From a virus (lineage: Duplodnaviria > Caudoviricetes): a DNA stretch of 64,000 nt. The position numbers and the translations under genes are program-made. Positions within the stretch are counted from its first letter, which is position 1, and every line of letters begins with the position of its first letter. The stretch is taken from positions 192,001-256,000 of the IMG/VR virus record IMGVR_UViG_3300014208_000023; one strand, 5' to 3'. Below the pieces are notes generated by a model. That model was not told the DNA's origin and made no database searches. It worked only from the letters and a program-made list of their open reading frames with translations. Of this stretch, positions 20,851 to 29,799 are shown one piece after another.

Positions 20851-21885
20851 TTATTTGTCCGCAAATGGATTTGGTGGCACAATGGCTGGCTTATTGCTTG
20901 GTAACATTGGCCCAGCAGGGGCAGACGTATTAGTTACCTTTATAGTTCTTTTTTTAATTCCTTGCTCAATAGAAGTTAAAAATGCATAGAGCTGATCATC
21001 ATCTTCAACATCTACATTAAGTTTATCTTTATTTTTTGTAATATATTCTATAAGAAGTTCTTTATTTGATAAATAAAATAGATTTATTGGTTCAGGGAAT
21101 ACTTTTGAGATAAGCTGAATATTATTCATATTTGGAAATTGTTTCTTTAGTTCCTCTTGACCCCTACCTTTTTCTGAATATCCTGCTGGAAGCTCGCCGG
21201 TATTTCTTATGCCAGACATAGTTCCATCCATAGTTTGTAATAACGGAGGGATGCTGTCATGAATTTTAATTAGAATTTCCGTTGCTTGTTCGGCAGCAAT
21301 ATTAACTTGCTTATGATCGGCAATTATTTTTTTAAGAGAACTTATATCATTTTCTCCAAATTGTAATTGTGTTCCAAATTTAGAAGATAAAGGAATCATT
21401 ACATTAGCCAAACTCACTATACCGTTTAGAGCAATAGTTGTATTATTGCCCCATTGACCGTCAGCTTTACCCGGTTTCATTGTTTTATAGTTTGCTGGAG
21501 CTCCTGCCTTATCAATACTTTTAAGAATATTCGATAAAGAAGTTGGTGCTGGACCACTTCCCAAATGTCTGCTGAATATTTTTCCAGTGTGGTGACGGTC
21601 TAATGATTCAATTATTGTTGGATCCGCAGTGCCATCAAGCATTTGTTTTAAGCCTGGTTTTGCTCCAGGCCTATTTTTAGCAATGTCTTCAATTGAAAAC
21701 GCACTTCTTATTCGAAGCATTTCAGTTTGCATGCGCGTTACTTGATCATTATTGGCTGGACGCATTCCTTTTGATGGAACTGTGGCCGCAGCCGGTGTGC
21801 CTGGCGTAGCTGCTGGTGCAGTAGTAGCTGCTGGATTGGCGGGCTCTGTTCCTGGATAAAATTTTGATTGTGCTTTTTTATACAT
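20851..21885 (-). CDS. Putative inner-head protein with a peptidoglycan-binding-like motif
   Basis: Starts MYKKAQ; PGKADGQWGNNTTIAL resembles the DGxxGxxT motif of PG-binding domains. Confidence 0.45.
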   Translation of the reverse strand: MYKKAQSKFYPGTEPANPAATTAPAATPGTPAAATVPSKGMRPANNDQVTRMQTEMLRIRSAFSIEDIAKNRPGAKPGLKQMLDGTADPTIIESLDRHHTGKIFSRHLGSGPAPTSLSNILKSIDKAGAPANYKTMKPGKADGQWGNNTTIALNGIVSLANVMIPLSSKFGTQLQFGENDISSLKKIIADHKQVNIAAEQATEILIKIHDSIPPLLQTMDGTMSGIRNTGELPAGYSEKGRGQEELKKQFPNMNNIQLISKVFPEPINLFYLSNKELLIEYITKNKDKLNVDVEDDDQLYAFLTSIEQGIKKRTIKVTNTSAPAGPMLPSNKPAIVPPNPFADK

Positions 21886-23614
21886 TTGGAAGCTTTGCTT
21901 TTTTAAATGCTGTAACTGGCAAAATTATTTCGTTATTCAATCTATCGGCATATATTTTTACATTTGATGCTTTGTCTGCCGATGATGGTAACTCACTAAA
22001 CTCTTTTAGTTCGCTTGCCAAATGTTTTTTTGTATCTTCTAGCCAAGATATCATTTTAGGTCCCTCAGCTAATTTTTGAGCTTTAATTGCAGACTCATAC
22101 TTGTTGATTAAATTTTCAGTTTCTTTATATTTTTTCAATAAAGAATCAACTTCGGCGCCACCAGCAGCATTTAATTTTTCTTTAGATATTCTATCAATTT
22201 CACTGTCAATTTCTTTAAGGCTAGAATCAATTATTTCGGAGGCTTTTCTACAAAGCTCCATAAAATTGTTTGCAGCAAGCTCTACATCAGCATGACCACT
22301 TAAAAATCTAGTGCCATACATAGATTGTTCTTTATGTTTTTTTGCAGCGTCCCAAATTTTAAATGTTGCTTTATGAGCAGCATTAAGATTACGTTTTAAA
22401 GATACTATTGCAATATAATTTTCTGCAGATGGAGATTTTTTAAATTCATCTTTAGCATTAATTCCTTTTAGGATATTTGGAAGAATGCCCTTCAAATCAT
22501 CAACATTTTTATATTCTGCTGCTGACAAATCTCCTTTAACATCCTCGCATTCCAAAAGAACCTGCTGTCCTGCTTTTTGAAAATCCTGTATTGAATAGAA
22601 TCTATCAAATAACATATAGCCACCGACAGATCCAGCTATCGCTGCGGCTACCCCAGCAATAACTAATGGATTTGCAAGAAAACTAAGCAACCCTCCGCTA
22701 GCTGGTGCCGTTGCTGCTGCTGGAGCCGCAATTGCTCCAGGTATTGCCGCTGGAGCCGTAGCTGCAGCACCAGCAGCGGTTCCTGGAGCAACTAATTCTG
22801 GAACTACTCCTGGAAGAGCGCTTGGTACTGGTGGCCATGGGGCTGCGGTTTTAACGTTTAAAGTTTTTTTTAGCATACTTACTATTTCAGCCTTCTTTGT
22901 TGAAGGCGTGCTATTAACCATTTGCATTATTGAATCAATATATGCATCCACATCTTCAATGCTATCGATTCTAAATTGTGGCCCAATAATGAATTGTTTA
23001 AGGACCGAGAATGCCGTTATACGCTGGCTCTCATCTGGATTATTGAAGTTTTCAACAATTCTTTTGGCCATATCGTGAAGTCTAACCATATATAGATATA
23101 CTGATGATTTCTTTTTGTCCGGAGAGTTAGCATCGCCCTTATTAGACACAATCTTATTATTTAAGGCATCTGCTAATGCTTGAAATTTTTGAGCAATAAT
23201 TATGTTTTTAATTGTGCCAGCTAATTGTGCGCTCTTGAGAACAACTTTTAGTATTTTCTTATGTTGAGAAGGACCAGTCTCAACATCTCCGTTGTTATCT
23301 TGCGCAGGAGCCATTTCCACATCACCATCTGGGTGGGCGGATTCTAGGAGCTCATCTCCTGTTTCCGAATGCGCCCGATAGAGTAAATTTGCATCGACTT
23401 CGGCTTTTTTATATGTTCCAAAGCGATTTTCAAGATTTTCTGCCTGCTGAACATAACCTGCCGTACGCAGCTTTGACGCTAACGTAAGTAGCTTTTCAGT
23501 TAATGATAATTCGGCAGCTGGCTCCACAACTGGAGCTTCTGGAAGAATAACTGGATTCTCCTGAAGTTCAGCCATGATCTCTAGGTGCTTTAGGTCCTTC
23601 AAAGTAAAAGTCAT
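21878..23614 (-). CDS. Putative inner-head/ejection protein with a transmembrane helix (true start probably 23614)
   Basis: SD GAGGA and promoter motif precede the ATG at 23614. Contains LLTLASKLRTAGYVQQAENLE...YKKAE, KSAQ, KKAE, KTAA and the TM LLSFLANPLVIAGVAAAIAGSVGGYMLF. Confidence 0.55.
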   Translation of the reverse strand: MTFTLKDLKHLEIMAELQENPVILPEAPVVEPAAELSLTEKLLTLASKLRTAGYVQQAENLENRFGTYKKAEVDANLLYRAHSETGDELLESAHPDGDVEMAPAQDNNGDVETGPSQHKKILKVVLKSAQLAGTIKNIIIAQKFQALADALNNKIVSNKGDANSPDKKKSSVYLYMVRLHDMAKRIVENFNNPDESQRITAFSVLKQFIIGPQFRIDSIEDVDAYIDSIMQMVNSTPSTKKAEIVSMLKKTLNVKTAAPWPPVPSALPGVVPELVAPGTAAGAAATAPAAIPGAIAAPAAATAPASGGLLSFLANPLVIAGVAAAIAGSVGGYMLFDRFYSIQDFQKAGQQVLLECEDVKGDLSAAEYKNVDDLKGILPNILKGINAKDEFKKSPSAENYIAIVSLKRNLNAAHKATFKIWDAAKKHKEQSMYGTRFLSGHADVELAANNFMELCRKASEIIDSSLKEIDSEIDRISKEKLNAAGGAEVDSLLKKYKETENLINKYESAIKAQKLAEGPKMISWLEDTKKHLASELKEFSELPSSADKASNVKIYADRLNNEIILPVTAFKKAKLPNV

Positions 23615-23646
23615 AGATATTCCTCTTGAAAATGCAAGATTATTGC

Positions 23647-24348
23647 TTATAGTAGCAGTGCTTGTAGCGTAGAATTTATAACTGAAGGAGGAGCAGTACA
23701 TATCGCAACTATTGGACTATTTGGAAGTATTTGTCTTGTAGTAAATAATCCATGCTCATTAAGAAACAAATTTGACATTACATTATATTGCTGATTGACT
23801 TCAAACTGATCTGTCTCAAAAAGCATTCTTTGAAACCAAATCGTAACCATCTGCGACCCAAATGTAGTGTCGTCGCCAATAACATTTGGTATCTGATAGG
23901 GATATCGCACTAGTGTTTTAATTGAGTCTGGAGTGCCTGTCCCGCCTAGATCGAAATTAAGCAGGGTTCCTGCTGGAAATACTATTACTCCATTTCTAGG
24001 AATTAGCTGAACGGGAACTGGATTAGATATAAAGTAGTTACCATCAACGTTTGGGTTGTCTAGTTCGGCCTTGATGTCCATTATAGTAATGAGCTGTCCC
24101 GCCCCATTTACCATGACGTTGGCTGGGTCTGGAGTAACTATACGTTCTTCGTCCCAGCTAACTGCGCTAAATGCTTTGGTTTTAACATCGTCAGCTATGC
24201 CGAAGAAGCTCATTCCGTTGCTTGGAGTCCCCATGATTTGGGAACCGAGAACGGTAAGTGTCATCGCGGTGCCTGATTCAAATGTGGCAGAAGGATCGAC
24301 TGGGACCTGCCATGGAACGGAATTCCCCGCCTCTAAAATCCTAAGCAT
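23647..24348 (-). CDS. Second capsid decoration/cement-like protein
   Basis: Beta-rich, 233 aa; similar layout to 16476..17168. Confidence 0.5.
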   Translation of the reverse strand: MLRILEAGNSVPWQVPVDPSATFESGTAMTLTVLGSQIMGTPSNGMSFFGIADDVKTKAFSAVSWDEERIVTPDPANVMVNGAGQLITIMDIKAELDNPNVDGNYFISNPVPVQLIPRNGVIVFPAGTLLNFDLGGTGTPDSIKTLVRYPYQIPNVIGDDTTFGSQMVTIWFQRMLFETDQFEVNQQYNVMSNLFLNEHGLFTTRQILPNSPIVAICTAPPSVINSTLQALLL

Positions 24349-24516
24349 TACGCGACCTTAGCTGTGGTTGATAGTGGTAAATGGGACCAACTTTTCCCAT
24401 TCACAATATTGTTTATGCATTTTCTACTCACGTTATACTCCTTCGATAATTCGACGTTGCTATATTTGCCACTAATCAGTCTTATCCACATAAATATAAA
24501 AAATTGACTCTTTCAT
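24348..24516 (-). pseudogene. Homing-endonuclease relic: 47-aa HTH mini-ORF (24348..24491) plus an out-of-frame GIY-YIG-like start (MKESIFYIYVDKTD)
   Basis: Hand translation MWIRLISGKYSNVELSKEYNVSRKCINNIVNGKSWSHL... matches the C-terminal HTH of homing endonucleases; its stop overlaps the next start (TAATG). Confidence 0.5.
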
Positions 24517-24589
24517 TAGCGTTATACCTACCTATATATCTACTAATATACTATTATAGCGACTTACCGACAAGAAAAAGAGCTTATAC

Positions 24590-24639
24590 TATAAAATGAA
24601 GGAACCTTCCCGTTTTAAGCAGGAAGGCTTCATTTTATA
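24590..24639. terminator. Intrinsic terminator (possibly bidirectional)
   Basis: TATAAAATGAAG...CTTCATTTTATA outer arms plus an inner CCTTCC/GGAAGG stem. Confidence 0.75.
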
Positions 24640-24658
24640 TTGATGCTAGTTTTGTTCT

Positions 24659-25387
24659 TTAGAAGGATCGTAAAGTGGGCTCGCCACCCGTATTACTTTC
24701 TTCTAATGCATCTACCTTATGTAGTCTTGGACATTCTGCAGCCTGAGCCATATCTGACTCAAGCATATGATCATAACCGCATTCAGGACATATGTCCCAA
24801 AAACCATCTTCTTGTCTTTTTTCTCTTACTCCTGATTCCGGTCCGTGGTAATTGTCGTCAGTTGGTAGTTTTCCTAATCCAAACCACGACGCCACCTCAT
24901 CACCAAATCCTTGGCCCTTATTATTCATAACGCCAGATTTTGGGCCATCATCAGCCATATTACATTCGCCACAATCACTTTTTGGAGCATTAAATACCCA
25001 GCCAATATTTTCTAAATTATCTATCTGTTTCTCTGGAGTAAGAACTTCGGAGGTTACGTCTTTAATAACATCAATAAGCGTTGATGGTTTCTTCTTGGTA
25101 GTAGATTTAGATTTAGATTTCGTTTTGGTTTTTGATTTTGTTTTAGATTTCTTTTTGGCCTTTTTCTTTGCCTCTTTAACCATTGCAAACTGACCAGAAG
25201 CAATAGTCTCCATAAATTGAGTAATTATTTCTGCTTCTTCTGGCAGATTCATTGACTCGAATATTTCTGCCGAATCAGCCAGAGATTGAAGGGCTACTTC
25301 AATCCCGACCTCTTCGTTTTTAGCCGGTAGCGCTTCTAATACTGAAGCTTCAATTTCATTTGCAGAATGACTTTTTTTGAAAAACAT
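24659..25387 (-). CDS. Putative inner-head protein with a Lys-rich tract and C-terminal Zn ribbon
   Basis: Helical hairpin then VKEAKKKAKKKSKTKSKTKTKSKSK; CPECGYDH...CP. Confidence 0.55.
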   Translation of the reverse strand: MFFKKSHSANEIEASVLEALPAKNEEVGIEVALQSLADSAEIFESMNLPEEAEIITQFMETIASGQFAMVKEAKKKAKKKSKTKSKTKTKSKSKSTTKKKPSTLIDVIKDVTSEVLTPEKQIDNLENIGWVFNAPKSDCGECNMADDGPKSGVMNNKGQGFGDEVASWFGLGKLPTDDNYHGPESGVREKRQEDGFWDICPECGYDHMLESDMAQAAECPRLHKVDALEESNTGGEPTLRSF

Positions 25388-25395
25388 TTTAAACC

Positions 25396-25746
25396 TTAAT
25401 TACTAGTTAATTTACCTAATTTATGATAGCCATCAAATAAAAGAGCTATAATATAATCTTTATGAACTTCTGTTACCTTACCATCGCCAAGTTTTGGATG
25501 AACTATTAAATCTCCAATATTATATGAGTGGTTTGGATTATATTTTTTGAAATCAGAGACTTTCTCATTACTAACGGCAATCTCCCAAAGCCTTCTGAGG
25601 TCTTGCTTTGGTTTTTGCTCTGGTTCGTCAATTAGATTTTTTTGTGGTGGGTGTGGATTTCTAATGACTTCTGCAACTCTTCGCGCGGCTTGCTCTGCCG
25701 TGTGATGTCGCTCAACTGTTTTTCCTATAACAACGGTATAGCTCAT
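25396..25746 (-). CDS. Small protein with a C-terminal Tudor/SH3-like (CarD/UvrD-CTD-like) domain; frame is open a further 43 codons upstream without a start
   Basis: YNIGDLIVHPKLGDGKV motif; open frame continues to the A9 run at 25876-25884. Confidence 0.6.
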   Translation of the reverse strand: MSYTVVIGKTVERHHTAEQAARRVAEVIRNPHPPQKNLIDEPEQKPKQDLRRLWEIAVSNEKVSDFKKYNPNHSYNIGDLIVHPKLGDGKVTEVHKDYIIALLFDGYHKLGKLTSN

Positions 25747-25851
25747 TATTGATCCATCAAGATTTTTATTTTCCCAAATTCTAATTCCTGAATCGTGCTT
25801 AACAGAACGCCCGGATTGTAATTCCTTAACAATCCAGGCGATAGTTTCTTT

Positions 25852-25884
25852 ATCTGAAAGATCAGATGCTGTTACTTTTTTTTT
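25852..25884 (-). promoter_or_regulatory. Candidate -1 frameshift / slippage cassette
   Basis: A_AAA_AAG (25881-25875) inside an A9 run, then a 7-nt spacer and the hairpin ATCTGA-tctt-TCAGAT. Confidence 0.6.
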
Positions 25885-26432
25885 GAGGACTTATCGGCTG
25901 GCTTCTTGCCTTTTTTACCCTTTTGAGCGGCGCGCATTTTTTCCATGCGCTCTTTCATTGACATCTTCTTGCCTGGCTTCTTATCTTTCTTTGAGGAGCC
26001 GCTTGAAGAACTTGATGAAGAGCCACTTGAAGAAGAGCTTGATGATCCTGACTTTCCTGAATCTGGGCTTTTCTTTTTCGCAGCAGCCGTCTTTAGAATG
26101 CTATCGGCTAGAACAATCGTGGCCGCAGCTAGTCTATCCATGCCTTGGTCTTCAAGTTCAGTCGAAATCTCTAGAAGAAGTCCGGCGGTGTCTTCAAGAG
26201 AAACTGAAGCTTCTTTCTTTTCTCCTTCTTTTTCATGGCATTCACAGCCACAATCGCCATCACAATCCTCTTCGCATTTACAGTCCGAAGCAAGTTTTTT
26301 CATTTCCTCTTCGACTTCGCTTACTTCCTCCTTGCCTTCTCGTGAGAAGGCAAGTTTTTCCATACTTTTCTGGTGTTCTGCGGATTCGGCAATTTTAACC
26401 ATTTCCGCAGCAATATCAAAGTGATACTTCAT
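25872..26432 (-). CDS. Putative inner-head protein: acidic/Cys-rich N-half, Lys/Ser-rich basic tail
   Basis: KIAE, KLAF, KLAS, KEAS and KTAA sites; CKCEEDCDGDCGCECH; basic tail after ILKTA. Confidence 0.6.
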   Translation of the reverse strand: MKYHFDIAAEMVKIAESAEHQKSMEKLAFSREGKEEVSEVEEEMKKLASDCKCEEDCDGDCGCECHEKEGEKKEASVSLEDTAGLLLEISTELEDQGMDRLAAATIVLADSILKTAAAKKKSPDSGKSGSSSSSSSGSSSSSSSGSSKKDKKPGKKMSMKERMEKMRAAQKGKKGKKPADKSSKKK

Positions 26433-26433
26433 A

Positions 26434-29400
26434 TTAGTACTTTCTGCCTGAGAAGGCTAGGTCAAGCTCGGCCTGTAGATCATCACCACCTGAGTGAGAG
26501 TCACCGGTCTCGCGGATTCCGACCTGGGGAACTAGTCCTGCGGTCTTTACGGAGCCGACTGGCATTTTGGCAATTACTCTTTTGTAACTATCAAAACCTT
26601 CGTCGTTCCACTTCATTGATTCATCAACTTGGCGACCGATCGCAGCGCGTTCGTTCGTGATGAGTCCTCTGCGAGCCATTTCATTGGCAAGCTCGTATGA
26701 GCGAGCAAGCTTGATTTTGTAGGTTCCCATTTCCTCTTCAAGCTTGGCCTTTTCAGCCGCCGCCGTTAGAAGCTTAGCAAACTCCGCTCCACCATCAGCT
26801 TGACCGTAGAAGTCACGCCAGTATTTGACAACTTCTGAATCTAGTCCTTCAGCGACCAACTTATCAAGGTCTTCTTTACGGACAGTTCCAGCGACAATCA
26901 TCTTGTTTAGACGCTCGGCCTCTTTCTTAACCTTTGGGGCCGCTCTGGCTACTTCAAGCATACGCTTCTGAACTTCTGGCTTCGTTTCAACTAGGCCTAG
27001 GCTATCAGAAGGCTTGACATCAAGTTGCGTCTGGCCATCGGCAAGCTTGTTAGCATCTGCCATAACTGGATTGAACTTGATTGATTCAGCAGCGACTGAA
27101 TCCGTGATGTGCTCTGCAAGTTTCGTGCGATAAGCCGCGCGGCCTTCTTTTGTCGTTAGATCCATAGCTGCCTTTTCTACTACTTTTGCATTTGGTGGAA
27201 CTGGTTGGCCTGGAGCAAGCTCGACCACTAATCCGCTGGTTCCTCCGTCATTTACCATTCCGAAATCATCAGCATCTTCGTGCTTTGGTGATCTCTGTGT
27301 TTCTGGCTGCATATCTGGAACTGGATTTTTTTCCGTAGCTGGCATGTCTTCATAATCTGAATCGCCATGAAGATCTTGATCTAGATCTGGAAGAATGTCA
27401 TCATCACCAACATCGGTCATGCCTTCATCTAGTGTCTCTGGAGAGAACTCGCCATCTGCCTCAAAGTCATCATCACCCATGTTAAAATCTCCATCTCCAA
27501 CGTTATTTTCGTCTTCATCAGTTGCGTCCTGAGCGCTCTTTAGACGCGCAGTAAGGTTTTCAACGCCACTTGCATATTTGGCGTATGAGCGAAGAACGCC
27601 CTCGGCATCATTAAGTGATAGCTCGGCCTCTTCAAAAGCCGTTCCAATCATTCCTCTGATGCTTGCATTCTTAACTGTCTCTGAATCAGCCATATCGCTG
27701 ATTAGTTTGAGTTCTGAATAGTGAGCCTTTAGCTCGGAAAGTGATTTTTTAGCGGCAGATACTAGCATTCTTTCAAGTTTGCGACGCATCTCGGCAGCTG
27801 GAGTTAGAAGTGCGGCAGTTGCCTGTGGAAGAGCCTTAATGCCCTCTTCAAGCTCGCCCATTTGTGGTCCGGCTCCTCCAATTTCACGAACAGCCTCAAG
27901 AAGCTCGGCGGCACTATCACGAGTTTTCTCGGCCAGTTTTTCTGCAACTTCCTGTGGATCGCCACTACCACCAGCATCAGCTTCCGCATCTGGAGTAGCA
28001 GCAGGAGCCGCGCCCATATCGGCTACTGGAGCAGCAGCGGCTGGAGCTGGAGCAGCTGCTCCTGGCATTTCCTGAGCGCGCTTATATACTGAAGCGGCTT
28101 TCTCAAGACCAACTTCGCGAATCTTCTCTAGCATTTTGCCACCGAATTCTTTGGTAGCAATCATGTCGAATAGCTGGTCTGACTGACCGGCAGAAATTTC
28201 ATTAACTGAAGCGGTGAAAATAAGCTTGTCACCTTTCTCATCCTTCGCGAATACCTGCCAACCTGAATTGGCTAGATCGTCACGGCCATTTGATCCGGCT
28301 TTACGGATGAAACGAGCCTTAAGTGAAGCTCTTGAAAGCTTCTCTTTAATGGCAAGATCATCGCCATAAAGTCCATCAACATCGCCAACGCCTGGAAATG
28401 GTTTTGCCCCAACCATTTGTTTGTCACCTTTTTCACGAACCTGATCGCGAAGAGGGTCTATTTCATACTTAACTTTTCCTGGGGTTGGCTCATTAACGCC
28501 ACCACCACCGAGCCAGTAACCTTTTTTATCAAGGTTTTTCTTGGCGTTTTCAAGGGCTTCTTTACGACGAGCCGAACGCTCGCCTAATGGACGAACTTCG
28601 GACTTAATCTTATCGTCGCCTTCGCCACCATAATCTTTCGTCTGGAGCATTTGCTTGTCTTCTCCATCACGAGCTTTTTCGTTAAGAGGGTCGGCTGGAT
28701 ATTTTACTTTTCCTGGCGTTGGTTCATTAACGCCACCGCCACCTAGGTAGTATCCCTTTTTATCCATTGAGTTGTCCCGATCAGTCATAATATCCTCTTG
28801 TTTTTTGTTAAGGTCTTCCAAAGTCTGTTCCATTGATGATTTCAATATTTTGAGTTCTGTAAATAATGCTTCAATATCGGCATATACCGGAGCAATATTT
28901 TCATTTGATTTTAAATTTTCTTCTTTTGGTAGATCTTTAAGCTCTACCAGATCATTACTGATCTCCGTCAAATTTTGCTGCATTTGAGCAATCTTCTCTT
29001 GAAGATTTGAAGAATACGTGCTATTTTTAATATTTTGAGCGGACGCAAAAATAGTTCTAATGCGAGCACTCGGGTCAGCAGGATTAACTACAATTGACAA
29101 TTCAATTGGCTTGAGCTGACAATTTATTTCACCGTAACCCGTTTTATTTTTCATATGATCACAAAAATCACGCTCCGAACGAGCTACGCGGCCACAAGAA
29201 TCTTCTGCGCAGATTGCTTTTTCAACAATTGTTCCCATGCTTACTGATGTAGAGTATCCAGTTGAGACCTTACGAGCTAGTTCTGGGTATGAAACTTTAT
29301 CTAAAGCACATAGCGCAATTACTCGTTTGCTCTTAAAATCGTAATAAGTATCAAGAATAACACCACGAATAGCATCTACCGAGTTTGATTTATGATCAAC

Positions 29401-29799
29401 ACATAGTGGCTTGCCAATCCATTCCTTATGAGCCTTAACTAATTCTGACTCTGGAAAAATATCTCCATTGTTATTTTTGTATGGCCGAATATTTGAATCG
29501 CTGCATTTCCAACGAAGACTTTCTGGACCATCTCCGCCAACTTCCCAGCTAGCCGTTACTGGCTGTCCATCACGACCTGTTTTTAGGGAGCCATCATCAT
29601 TATAAAGACAAGCCTCCGCGGCCGTCATCATGAATGTGCTGAAATAAGTAAAATCATTTGCTTTTGGAGCTATTTTTTTGAGTTCTCCGGCAAACTTCTC
29701 AAATCTTTTGTTAATATCTTCATTGCTCAATACTGATTCGGCAGACTGAATTGAAGTTGGATTGAGAGCGAATGACTCGCCTTGTTTATGAAAACTCAT
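26434..29799 (-). CDS. Prohead maturation protease fused to a scaffold
   Basis: Assemblin/HK97-type protease core: NNNGDIF, LCVDHK (His), SVSMG (Ser), Zn insert C..C..CDH, IELSIVVNPADPSA; then about 850 aa of helical, acidic and coiled-coil scaffold. Confidence 0.8.
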   Translation of the reverse strand: MSFHKQGESFALNPTSIQSAESVLSNEDINKRFEKFAGELKKIAPKANDFTYFSTFMMTAAEACLYNDDGSLKTGRDGQPVTASWEVGGDGPESLRWKCSDSNIRPYKNNNGDIFPESELVKAHKEWIGKPLCVDHKSNSVDAIRGVILDTYYDFKSKRVIALCALDKVSYPELARKVSTGYSTSVSMGTIVEKAICAEDSCGRVARSERDFCDHMKNKTGYGEINCQLKPIELSIVVNPADPSARIRTIFASAQNIKNSTYSSNLQEKIAQMQQNLTEISNDLVELKDLPKEENLKSNENIAPVYADIEALFTELKILKSSMEQTLEDLNKKQEDIMTDRDNSMDKKGYYLGGGGVNEPTPGKVKYPADPLNEKARDGEDKQMLQTKDYGGEGDDKIKSEVRPLGERSARRKEALENAKKNLDKKGYWLGGGGVNEPTPGKVKYEIDPLRDQVREKGDKQMVGAKPFPGVGDVDGLYGDDLAIKEKLSRASLKARFIRKAGSNGRDDLANSGWQVFAKDEKGDKLIFTASVNEISAGQSDQLFDMIATKEFGGKMLEKIREVGLEKAASVYKRAQEMPGAAAPAPAAAAPVADMGAAPAATPDAEADAGGSGDPQEVAEKLAEKTRDSAAELLEAVREIGGAGPQMGELEEGIKALPQATAALLTPAAEMRRKLERMLVSAAKKSLSELKAHYSELKLISDMADSETVKNASIRGMIGTAFEEAELSLNDAEGVLRSYAKYASGVENLTARLKSAQDATDEDENNVGDGDFNMGDDDFEADGEFSPETLDEGMTDVGDDDILPDLDQDLHGDSDYEDMPATEKNPVPDMQPETQRSPKHEDADDFGMVNDGGTSGLVVELAPGQPVPPNAKVVEKAAMDLTTKEGRAAYRTKLAEHITDSVAAESIKFNPVMADANKLADGQTQLDVKPSDSLGLVETKPEVQKRMLEVARAAPKVKKEAERLNKMIVAGTVRKEDLDKLVAEGLDSEVVKYWRDFYGQADGGAEFAKLLTAAAEKAKLEEEMGTYKIKLARSYELANEMARRGLITNERAAIGRQVDESMKWNDEGFDSYKRVIAKMPVGSVKTAGLVPQVGIRETGDSHSGGDDLQAELDLAFSGRKY
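28460..28770 (-). repeat. Internal duplication in the scaffold: DKKGY(Y/W)LGGGGVNEPTPGKVKY..DPL...DKQM x2
   Basis: Both copies are visible in the translation; DNA differs at synonymous sites. Coordinates approximate. Confidence 0.85.
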
